DNA of 64,000 bases from the human T2T-CHM13v2.0 reference genome, Homo sapiens, in NCBI RefSeq assembly GCF_009914755.1, contig NC_060933.1; one strand, given 5' to 3'. The notes under the pieces are model-generated. The model was not told the origin of the DNA, did no database searches, and saw only the letters and a program-made list of their open reading frames with translations. The position numbers and the translations under genes are program-made. Shown piece after piece: positions 26,801 through 39,000 of this stretch (positions within the stretch are counted from its first letter, which is position 1; every line of letters starts with the position of its first letter).

Positions 26801-29800
26801 CAAGTAGATATTTGGATACCTTTGAGGATTTCTTTGGAAACGGGCTATCTTCATATTAAATCTAGACAGAAGCATTCTCAGAAACTTCTTTGTGCTGTAT
26901 GTCTTCAATTAACAGAGTTGAACCTTTGTTTGGATACAGCATTTTGGAAACGTTCCTTTAGTAGAATCTGCAAGTTGATATTTAGATAGCTAGGAAGATT
27001 TCCTTGGAAACGGGAATATCTTCACATAAAATCTAGACGGAAGCATTCTCAGAAAGTGCTTTGTGATGTTTGCATTCAAGTCACAGAGTTGAATATTCCC
27101 TTTTATAGAGCAGGTTTGAAACACTCTTTCTGCACTACCTGGAGGTGGACATTTAGAGCGCTTTGAGGCCTATGTTGAAAAAGGAAATATCTTCCCATAA
27201 AAACTAGACAGAAGCATTCTCAGAAACTTCTTTGTGATGTGTGTCTTCAACTAACAGAGATGAACCTTTCTTTTTACAGAGCAGTTTTGAAACACTCTTT
27301 TTGTGGAATCTGAAAGTGGATATTTGGATAGCTTTGAGGATTTCGTTGGAAACGGGATTACATATAAAATCTAGAGAGAAGCATTCTCAGGAACTTCTTT
27401 GTGATGTTTGCATTCAAGTAACAGAACTGAACATTCCCTTTCATAGAGCCGGTTTGAAACACTCTTTCTGTAGTATCTGCAAGCGGACGTTTCAAGCGCT
27501 TTCAGGCCTATGGTGAGAAAGGAAATATCTTCAAGTAAAAACTAGACAGAAGCATTCTCAGAAACTTATTTGCCATGTGTGTTCTCAACTAACAGAGTTG
27601 AACCTTTGTTTTGATACGGCATTTTGGAAACACTCTTTTTGTAGAATCTGCAGGTTGATATTCGGAAAGCTTTGAAGGTTTCGTTGGAAACGGGAATATC
27701 TTCATATAAAATCTAGACGGAAGCATTCTCAGAAACTGCTTTGTGATGTTTTCATTCAAGTCACAGAGTAGAATGTTCCCTTTTATATACCAGGTTTGAG
27801 ACACTCTTTCTGCACTACCTGGAAGTGGACATTTGCAGCGCTTTGAGGCCTATGATGAAAAAGGAAATATCTTCCCATAAAAACTAGACAGAAGCATTCT
27901 CAGAAACTTCTTTGTGATGTGTGTATTCAACTAACAGAGATGAACCTTTCTTTTTACAGAGCAGTTTTGAAACACTCTTTTTGTGGAATCTGAAAGTGGA
28001 TATTTGGATAGCTTTGAGGATTTCGTTGGAAACGGGATTACATATAAAATCTAGAGAGAAGCATTCTCAGGAACTTCTTTGTGATGTTTGCATTCAAGTC
28101 ACAGAACTGAACATTCCCTTTCATAGAGCAGGTTTGAAACACTCTTTCTGTAGTATCTGCAAGCGGACGTTTCAAGCGCTTTCAGGCCTGTGGAGAAAAA
28201 GGAAATATCTTCAAATAAAAACTAGACGGAAGCATTCTCAGAAACTTATTTGCGATGTGTGTCCTCAACTAACAGAGTTGAACCTTTGTTTTGATACAGC
28301 ATTTTGGAAACACTCTTTTTGTAGGATCTGCAGGTGGATATTTGGATAGCTTTTAAGGTTTCGTTGGAAACGGGAATATCTTCATATAAAATCAAGACAG
28401 AAGCATTCTCAGAAACTTCTCTGTGATGTTTGCATTCAACTCATAGAGTTGAACACTTCCTTTCATACAGCAGGTTTTAAACACTCTTTTTGTAATATTT
28501 GGAAGTGGACATTTGCAGCGCTTTGAGGCCTATGTTGAAAAAGGAAATATCTTCTCCTAAAAACCAGACAGAAGCATTCTCAGAAACTTCCTTGTGATGT
28601 GTGTACTCAAGTAACAGAGTTGAACCTTACTTTTGACAGAGCCGTTTTGAAACAGCCTTTTTGTAGAATCTGGAAGTAGATATTTGGATACCTTTGAGGA
28701 TTTCTTTGGAAACGGGATATCTTCATATAAAATCTAGACAGAAGCATTCTCAGAAACTTCTTTGTGCTGTAGGTCCTCAATTAACAGAGTTGAACCTTTG
28801 TGTGGATACAGCATTTTGGAAACATTCCTTTAGTAGAATCTGCAAGTTGATATTTAGATAGCTAGGAAGATTTCCTTGGAAACGGGAATATCTTCATATA
28901 AAATCTAGACGGAAGCATTCTCAGAAACTGCTTTGTGATGTCTTCATTCAAGTCACAGAGTAGAATGTTCCCTTTTATAGAGCAGGTTTGAAACACTCTG
29001 TGCACTACCTGGAAGTGGACATTGGGTGCGCTTTGAGGCCTATGTTGAAAAAGGAAATATCTTCCCATAAAAACTAGACAGAAGCATTCTCAGAAACTTG
29101 TTTGTGATGTGTGTATTCAACTAACAGAGATGAACCTTTCTTTTTACAGAGCAGTTTTGAAACACTCTTTTTGTGGAGTCTGAAAGTAGATATTTGGATG
29201 GCTTTGAGGATTTCGTTGGAAACGGGATTACATATAAAACCTAGAGAGAAGCATTCTCAGGAACTTCTTTGTGATGTTTGCATTCAAGTCACAGAACTGA
29301 ACATTCCCTTTCATAGAGCAGGTTTGAAACACTCTTTCTGCACTACCTGGAGGTGGACATTTGGAGCGCTTTGAGGCCTATGTTGAAAAAGGAAATATCT
29401 TCCCATAAAAACTGGACAGAACCATTCTCAGAAACTTATTTGCGATGTGTGTCCTCAACTAACAGAGTTGAACCTTTGTTTTGATACAGCATTTTGGAAA
29501 CACTCTTTTTGTAGGATCTGCAGGTGGATATTTGGATAGCTTTTAAGGTTTCGTTGGAAACGGGAATATCTTCATATAAAATCAAGACAGAAGCATTCTC
29601 AGAAACTTCTCTGTGATGTTTGCATTCAACTCATAGAGTTGAAGACTTCCTTTCACAGAGCCGGTTTGAAACACTCTGTGCACTACCTGGAAGTGGACAT
29701 TTGGAGCGCTTTGAGGCCTATGTTGAAAAAGGAAATATCTTCCCATAAAAACTAGACAGAAGCATTCTCAGAAACTTGTTTGTGATGTGTGTATTCAACT

Positions 29801-30453
29801 AACAGAGATGAACCTTTCTTTTTACAGAGCAGTTTTGAAACACTCTTTCTGTGGAATCTGAAAGTGGATATTTGGATAGCTTTGAGGATTTCGTTGGAAA
29901 CGGGATTACATATAGAATCTAGGGAGAAGCATTCTGAGGAACTTCTTTGTGATGTTTGCATTCAAGTCACAGAACTGAACATTCCCTTTCATAGAGCAGG
30001 TTTGAAACACTCTTTCTGTAGTATCTGCAAGCGGACGTTTCAAACGCTTTCAGGCCTGTGGTGAAAAAGGAAATATCTTCAAATAAAAACTAGACAGAAG
30101 CATTCTCAGAAACTTATTTGCGATGTGTGTTCTCAACTAACAGAGTTGAACCTTTGTTTTGATACAGCATTTTGGAAACACTCTTTTTGTAGAATCTGCG
30201 GGTGGATATTTGGATAGCTTTGAAGGTTTCGTTGGAAACGGGAATATCTTCATATAAAATCAAGACAGAAGCATTCTCAGAAACTTCTTTGTGATGTTTG
30301 CATTCAACTCATAGAGTTGAACAATTCCTTTCATAGAGCTGGTTTGAAATACTCTTTTTGTAATATTTGGAAGTGGACATTGGCAGCGCTTTGAAGCTTA
30401 TGGTGAAAAAGGAGATATCTTCTCCTAAATACCAGACAGAAGCATTCTCAGAA
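20898..30453 (+). repeat. Copy 2 of the duplicated block (offset 20,897 bp)
   Basis: It matches 1..9556. Identity ends at 30454 (GAAACTTGTTTG) versus 9557 (GAATCTTTCTTG). Confidence 0.95.
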
Positions 30454-32824
30454 ACTTGTTTGTGATGTGTGTATTCAACTAACAGAGATGAACCTTTCTT
30501 TTTACAGAGCAGTTTTGAAACACTCTTTTTGTGGAATCTGAAAGTGGATATTTGGATAGCTTTGAGGATTTCGTTGGAAACGGGATTACATACAACATCT
30601 AGAGAGAAGCACTCTCAGGAATTTTTTTGTGATGTTTGCATTCTCATCACAGAACTGAACATTCCCTTTCATAGAGCAGGTTTGAAACACTCTTTCTGTA
30701 GTATCTGCAAACGGACATTTCAAGCGCTTTCAGGCCTATGGTGAGAAAGGAAATATCTTCAAGTAAAAACCAGACAGAAGCATTCTCAGAAACTTATTTG
30801 CGATGTGTGTCCTCAAATAACAGAGTTGAACCTTTCTATTGATACAACATTTTGGAAACACTCTTTTTGTAGAATCTGCAGGTGGATATTCGGATAGCTT
30901 TGAAGGTTTCGTTGGAAACGGGAATATCTTCATATAAAATCAAGACAGAAGCATTCTCAGAAACTTCTCTGTGATGTTTGCATTCAACTCATAGAGGTGA
31001 ACACTTCCCTTCATAGAGCAGGTTTGAAACACTCTTTTTGTAATATTTGGAAGTGGACATTTGCAGCGCTTTGAGGCCTATGTTGAAAAAGGAAATATCT
31101 TCTCCTAAAAGCCAGACAGAAGCATTCTCAGAAACTTCCTTGTTATGTGTGTACTCAAGTAACAGAGTTGAACCTTCCTTTTGACAGAGCCGTTTTGAAA
31201 CACTCTTTTTGTAGAATCTGCAAGTAGATATTTTTATACCTTTGAGGATTTCTTTGGAAACGGGATATCTTCATATAAAATCTAGACAGAAGCATTCTCA
31301 GAAACCTCTTTGTGCTGTATGTCTTCAATTAACAGAGTTGAACCTTTGTTTGGAAACAGCATTTTGGAAACGTTCCTTTAGTAGAATCTGCAAGTTGATA
31401 TTTAGATAGCTAGGAAGATTTCCTTGGAAACGGGAATATCTTCACATAAAATCTAGACGGAAGCATTCTCAGAAAGTGCTTTGTGATGTTTGCATTCAAG
31501 TCACAGAGTTGAATATTCCCTTTTATAGAGCAGGTTTGAAACACTCTTTCTGCACTACCTGGAAGTGGACATTTGGAGCGCTTTGAGGCCTATGTTGAAA
31601 AAGGAAATATCTTCCCATAAAAACTAGACAGAAGCATTCTCAGAAACTTGTTTGTGATGTGTGTATTCAACTAACAGAGATGAACCTTTCTTTTTACAGA
31701 GCAGTTTTGAAACACTCTTTTTGTGGAATCTGAAAGTGGATATTTGGATAGCTTTGAGGATTTCGTTGGAAACGGGATTACATATAAAACCTAGAGAGAA
31801 GGATTCTCAGGAACTTCTTTGTGATGTTTGCATTCAAGTCACAGAACTGAACATTCCCTTTCATAGAGTAGGTTTGAAACAATCTTTCTGTAGTATCTGC
31901 ATGCTGACGTTTCAAGCGCTTTCAGGCCTATGGTGAGAAAGGAAATATCTTCAAGTAAAAACTAGACAGAAGCATTCTCAGAAACTTATTTGCGATGTGT
32001 GTTCTCAACTAACAGAGTTGAACCTTTGTTTTGATATGGCATTTTGGAAACACTCTTTTTGTAGAATCTGCAGGTGGATATTTGGATAGCTTTGAAAGTT
32101 TCGTTGGAAACGGGAATATCTTCATATAAAATCAAGACAGAAGCATTCTCAGAAACTTCTCTGTGATGTTTGCATTCAACTCATAGAGTTGAACACTTCC
32201 CTTCATACAGCAGGTTTGAAACACTCTTTTTGTAATATTTGGAAGTGGACATTTGCAGCGCTTTGAGGCCTATGTTGAAAAAGGAAATATCTTCTCCTAA
32301 AAACCAGACAGAAGCATTCTCAGAAACTTCCTTGTGATGTGTGTACTCAAGTAACAGAGTTGAACCTTACTTTTGACAGAGCCGTTTTGAAACAGTCTTT
32401 TTGTAGAATCTGGAAGTAGATATTTGGATACCTTTGAGGATTTCTTTGGAAACGGGATATCTTCATATAAAATCTAGACAGAAGCATTCTCAGAAACTTC
32501 TTTGTGCTGTATGTCCTCAATTAACAGAGTTGAACCTTTGTGTGGATACAGCATTTTGGAAACACTCCTTTAGTAGAATCTGCAAGTCGATATATAGATA
32601 GCTAGGAAGATTTCCTTGGAAACGGGAATATCTTCATATAACATCTAGACGGAAGCATTCTCAGAAACTGCTTTGTGATGTCTTCATTCAAGTCACAGAG
32701 TAGAATGTTCCCTTTTATAGAGCAGGTTTGAAACACTCAGTGCACTACCTGGAAGTGGACATTTGGAGCGCTTTGAGGCCTATGTTGAAAAAGGAAATAT
32801 CTTCCCATAAAAACTAGACAGAAG

Positions 32825-35800
32825 CATTCTCAGAAACTTGTTTGTGATGTGTGTATTCAACTAACAGAGATGAACCTTTCTTTTTACAGAGCAGTTTTGA
32901 AACACTCTTTTTGTGGAATCTGAAAGTGGATATTTGGATAGCTTTGAGGATTTCGTTGGAAACGGGATTACATATAAAACCTAGAGAGAAGCATTCTCAG
33001 GAACTTCTTTGTGAGGTTTGCATTCAAGTCACAGGACAGAACATTCCCTTTCATAGAGCACGTTTGAAACACTCTTTCTGTAGTATCTGCAAGCTGACGT
33101 TTCAAGCGCTTTCAGGCCTATGGTGAGAAAGGAAATATCTTCAAGTAAAAACTAGACAGAAGCATTCTCAGAAACTTATTTGCGAAGTGTGTTCTCAACT
33201 AACAGAGTTGAACCTTTGTTTTGATACGGCATTTTGGAAACACTCTTTTTATAGAATCTGCAGGTGGATATTCGGATAGCTTTGAAGGTTTCGTTGGAAA
33301 CGGGAATATCTTCATATAAAATCTAGACGGAAGCATTCTCAGAAACTGCTTTGTGATGTTTTCATTCAAGTCACAGAGTAGAATGTTCCCTGTCATATAC
33401 CAGGTTTGAGACACTCTTTCTGCACTACCTGGAAGTGGACATTTGGAGCGCTTTGAGGCCTATGATGAAAAAGGAAATATCTTCTTTTAAAAACTAGACA
33501 GAAGCATTCTCAGAAACTTGTTTGTGATGTGTGTATTCAACTAACAGAGATGAACCTTTCTTTTTACAGAGCAGTTTTGAAACACTCTTTTTGTGGAATC
33601 TGAAAGTGGATATTTGGATAGCTTTGAGGATTTCGTTGGAAACGGGATTACATATAAAATCTAGAGAGAAGCATTCTCAGGAACTTCTTTGTGATGTTTG
33701 CATTCACGTCACAGAACTGAACATTCCCTTTCATAGAGCATGTTTGAAACACTCTTTCTGTAGTATCTGCAAACGGACATTTCAAACGCTTTCAGGCCTA
33801 TGGTGAGAAAGGAAATATCTTCAAATAAAAACTAGACAGAAGCATTCTCAGAAACTTATTTGAGATGTGTGTCCTCAACTAACAGACTTGAACCTTTCTT
33901 TTGATACAACATTTTGGAAACACTCTTTTTGTAGAATCTGCAAGTGGATATTTGGATAGCTTTGAAGGTTTCGTTGGAAACGGGAATATCTTCATATAAA
34001 ATCAAGACAGAAGCATTCTCAGAAACTTCTCTGTGATGTTTGCATTCAACTCATAGAGTTGAACACTTCCCTTCATACAGCAGGTTTGAAACACTCTTTT
34101 TGTAATATTTGGAAGTGGACATTTGCAGCGCTTTGAGGCCTATGATGAAAAAGGTAATATCTTCCCATAAAAACTAGACAGAAGCATTCTCAGAAACTTG
34201 TTTGTGATGTGTGTATTCAACTAACAGAGATGAACCTTTCTTTTTACAGAGCAGTTTTGAAACACTCTTTTTGTGGAATCTGAAAGTGGATATTTGGATA
34301 GCTTTGCGGATTTCGTAGGAAACGGGATTACATATAAAATCTAGGGAGAAGCATTCTCAGGAACTTCTTTGTGATGTTTGCATTCAAGTCACAGAACTTC
34401 CCTTTCATAGAGCAGGTTTGAAACACTCTTTCTATAGTATCTGCAAGCGGACGTTTCAAGCGCTTTCAGGCCTGTGGTGAAAAAGGTAATATCTTCAAAT
34501 AAAAACTAGACAGAAGCATTCTCAGAAACTTATTTGCGATGTGTGTTCTCAACTAACAGAGTTGAACCTTTGTTTTGATACAGCATTTTGGAAACACTCT
34601 TTTTGTAGGATCTGCAGGTGGATATTTGGATAGCTTTGATGGTTTCGTTGGAAACGGGAATATCCTCATATAAAATCAAGACAGAAGCATTCTCAGAAAC
34701 TTCTCTGTGATGTTTGCCTTCAACTCATAGAGTTGAACACTTCCTTTCATAGAGCAGGTTTGAAACACTCTGTGCACTACCTGGAAGTGGACATTTGGAG
34801 CGCTTTGAGGCCTATGTTGAAAAAGGAAATATCTTCCCATAAAAACTAGACAGAAGCATTCTCAAAAACTTGTTTGTGATGTGTGTATTCAACTAACAGA
34901 GATGAACCTTTCTTTTTACAGAGCAGTTTTGAAACACTCTTTTTGTGGAATCTGAAAGTGGATATTTGGATAGCTTTGAGGATTTCGTTGGAAACGGGAT
35001 TACATATAAAATCTAGGGAGAAGCATTCTCAGGAACTTCTTTGTGATGTTTGCATTCAAGTCACAGAACTGAACATTCCCTTTCATAGAGCAGGTTTGAA
35101 ACACTGTTTCTGTAGTATCTGCAAACGGACATTCCAAGCGCTTTCAGGCCTATGGTGAGACAGGAAATATCTTCAAATAAAAACCAGACAGAAGCATTCT
35201 CAGAAACATATTTGCGATGTGTGTCCTCAACTAACAGAATTGAACCTTTCTATTGATACAACATTTTGGAAACACTCTTTTTGTAGAATCTGCAGGTGGA
35301 TATTCGGATAGCTTTGAAGGTTTCGTTGGAAACGGGAATATCTTCATATAAAATCAAGACACAAGCATTCTCAGAAACTTCTCTGTGATGTTTGCATTCA
35401 ACTCATAGAGGTGAACACTTCCCTTCATAGAGCAGGTTTGAAACACTCTTTTTGTAATATTTGGAAGTGGACATTTGCAGCGCTTTGAGGCCTATGTTGA
35501 AAAAGGAAATATCTTCTCCTAAAAACCAGACAGAAGCATTCTCAGAAACTTCCTTGTAATGTGTGTACTCAAGTAACAGAGTTGAACCTTCCTTTTGACA
35601 GAGCCGTTTTGAAACACTCTTTTTGTAGAATCTGCAAGTAGATATTTGGATACCTTTGAGGATTTCTTTGGAAACGGGATATCTTCATATAAAATCTAGA
35701 CAGAAGCATTCTCAGAAACTTCTTTGTGCTGTATGTCTTCAATTAACAGAGTTGAACCTTTGTTTGGATACAGCATTTTGGAAACGTTCCTTTAGTAGAA

Positions 35801-36048
35801 TCTGCAAGTTGATATTTAGATAGCTAGGAAGATTTCCTTGGAAACGGGAATATCTTCACATAAAATCTAGACGGAAGCATTCTCAGAAAGTGCTTTGTGA
35901 TGTTTGCATTCAAGTCACAGAGTTGAATATTCCCTTTTATAGAGCAGGTTTGAAACACTCTTTCTGCACTACCTGGAGGTGGACATTTAGAGCGCTTTGA
36001 GGCCTATGTTGAAAAAGGAAATATCTTCCCATAAAAACTAGACAGAAG
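32825..36048 (+). repeat. 4+4+4+7 (19-monomer, 3224 bp) arrangement
   Basis: Class-A anchors at 32851, 33531, 34211, 34883 and 36075 give steps of 680+680+672+1192. Confidence 0.65.
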
Positions 36049-39000
36049 CATTCTCAGAAACTTGTTAGTGATGTGTGTATTCAACTAACAGAGATGAACT
36101 TTTCTTTTTACAGAGCAGTTTTGAAACACTCTTTTTGTGGAATCTGAAAGTGGATATTTGGATAGCTTTGAGGATTTCGTTGGAAACGGGATTACATATA
36201 AAATCTAGAGAGAAGCATTCTCAGGAACTTCTTTGTGATGTTTGCATTCAAGTCACAGAACTGAACATTCCCTTTCATAGAGCAGGTTTGAAACACTCTT
36301 TCAGTAGTATCTGCAAGCGGACGTTTCAAGCGCGTTCAGGCCTGTGGAGAAAAAGGAAATATCTTCAAATAAAAACTAGACGGAAGCATTCTCAGAAACT
36401 TATTTGCGATGTGTGTCCTCAACTAACAGATTTGAACCTTTGTTTTGATACAGCATTTTGGAAACACTCTTTTTGTAGGATCTGCAGGTGGATATTTGGA
36501 TAGCTTTTAAGGTTTCGTTGGAAACGGGAATATCTTCATATAAAATCAAGACAGAAGCATTCTCAGAAACTTCTCTGTGATGTTTGCATTCAACTCATAG
36601 AGTTGAAGACTTCCTTTCACAGAGCCGGTTTGAAACACTCTGTGCACTACCTGGAAGTGGACATTTGGAGCGCTTTGAGGCCTATGTTGAAAAAGGAAAT
36701 ATCTTCCCATAAAAACTAGACAGAAGCATTCTCAGAAACTTGTTTGTGATGTGTGTATTCAACTAACAGAGATGAACCTTTCTTTTTACAGAGCAGTTTT
36801 GAAACACTCTTTTTGTGGAATCTGAAAGTGGATATTTGGATAGCTTTGAGGATTTCGTTGGAAACGGGATTACATATAGAATCTAGGGAGAAGCATTCTG
36901 AGGAACTTCTTTGTGATGTTTGCATTCAAGTCACAGAACTGAACATTCCCTTTCATAGAGCAGGTTTGAAACACTCTTTCTGTAGTATCTGCAAGCGGAC
37001 GTTTCAAGCGCTTTCAGGCCTGTGGTGAAAAAGGAAATATCTTCAAGTAAAAACTAGACAGAAACATTCTCAGAAACATATTTGCCATGTGTGTTCTCAA
37101 CTAACAGAGTTGAACCTTTGTTTTGATACGGCATTTTGGAAACACTCTTTTTGTAGAATCTGCAGGTGGATATTCGGATAGCTTTGAAGGTTTCGTTGGA
37201 AACGGGAATATCTTCTTATAAAATCTAGACGGAAGCATTCTCAGAAACTGCTTTGTGATGTTTTCATTCAAGTCACAGAGTAGAATGTTCCCTTTTATAT
37301 ACCAGGTTTGAGACACTCTTTCTGCACTACCTGGAAGTGGACATTTGGAGCGCTTTGAGACCTATGATGAAAAAGGAAATATCTTCCCATAAAAACTAGA
37401 CAGAAGCATTCTCAGAAACTTGTTTGTGATGTGTGTATTCAACTAACAGAGATGAACCTTTCTTTTTACAGAGCAGTTTTGAAACACTCTTTTTGTGGAA
37501 TCTGAAAGTGGATATTTGGATAGCTTTGAGGATTTCGTTGGAAACGGGATTACATACAACATCTAGAGAGAAGCACTCTCAGGAATTTTTTTGTGATGTT
37601 TGCATTCTCATCACAGAACTGAACATTCCCTTTCATAGAGCAGGTTTGAAACACTCTTTCTGTAGTATCTGCAAACGGACATTTCAAGCGCTTTCAGGCC
37701 TATGGTGAGAAAGGAAATATCTTCAAGTAAAAACCAGACAGAAGCATTCTCAGAAACTTATTTGCGATGTGTGTCCTCAAATAACAGAGTTGAACCTTTC
37801 TATTGATACAACATTTTGGAAACACTCTTTTTGTAGAATCTGCAGGTGGATATTCGGATAGCTTTGAAGGTTTCGTTGGAAACGGGAATATCTTCATATA
37901 AAATCAAGACAGAAGCATTCTCAGAAACTTCTCTGTGATGTTTGCATTCAACTCATAGAGGTGAACACTTCCCTTCATAGAGCAGGTTTGAAACACTCTT
38001 TTTGTAATATTTGGAAGTGGACATTTGCAGCGCTTTGAGGCCTATGTTGAAAAAGGAAATATCTTCTCCTAAAAGCCAGACAGAAGCATTCTCAGAAACT
38101 TCCTTGTTATGTGTGTACTCAAGTAACAGAGTTGAACCTTCCTTTTGACAGAGCCGTTTTGAAACACTCTTTTTGTAGAATCTGCAAGTAGATATTTGGA
38201 TACCTTTGAGGATTTCTTTGGAAACGGGATATCTTCATATAAAATCTAGACAGAAGCATTCTCAGAAACCTCTTTGTGCTGTATGTCTTCAATTAACAGA
38301 GTGGAACCTTTGTTTGGAAACAGCATTTTGGAAACGTTCCTTTAGTAGAATCTGCAAGTTGATATTTAGATAGCTAGGAAGATTTCCTTGGAAACGGGAA
38401 TATCTTCACATAAAATCTAGACGGAAGCATTCTCAGAAAGTGCTTTGTGATGTTTGCATTCAAGTCACAGAGTTGAATATTGCCTTTTATAGAGCAGGTT
38501 TGAAACACTCTTTCTGCACTACCTGGAGGTGGACATTTAGAGCGCTTTGAGTCTTATGTTGAAAAAGGAAATATCTTCCCATAAAAACTAGACAGAAGCA
38601 TTCTCAGAAACTTGTTTGTGATGTGTGTATTCAACTAACAGAGATGAATCTTTCTTTTTACAGAGCAGTTTTGAAACACTCTTTTTGTGGAATCTGAAAG
38701 TGGATATTTGGATAGCTTTGAGGATTTCGTTGGAAACGGGATTACATATAAAACCTAGAGAGAAGGATTCTCAGGAACTTCTTTGTGATGTTTGCATTCA
38801 CGTCACAGAACTGAACATTCCCTTTCATAGAGCATGTTTGAAACACTCTTTCTGTAGTATCTGCAAACGGACATTTCAAACGCTTTCAGGCCTATGGTGA
38901 GAAAGGAAATATCTTCAAATAAAAACTAGACAGAAGCATTCTCAGAAACTTATTTGCGATGTGTGTCCTCAACTAACAGAGTTGAACCTTTCTTTTGATA

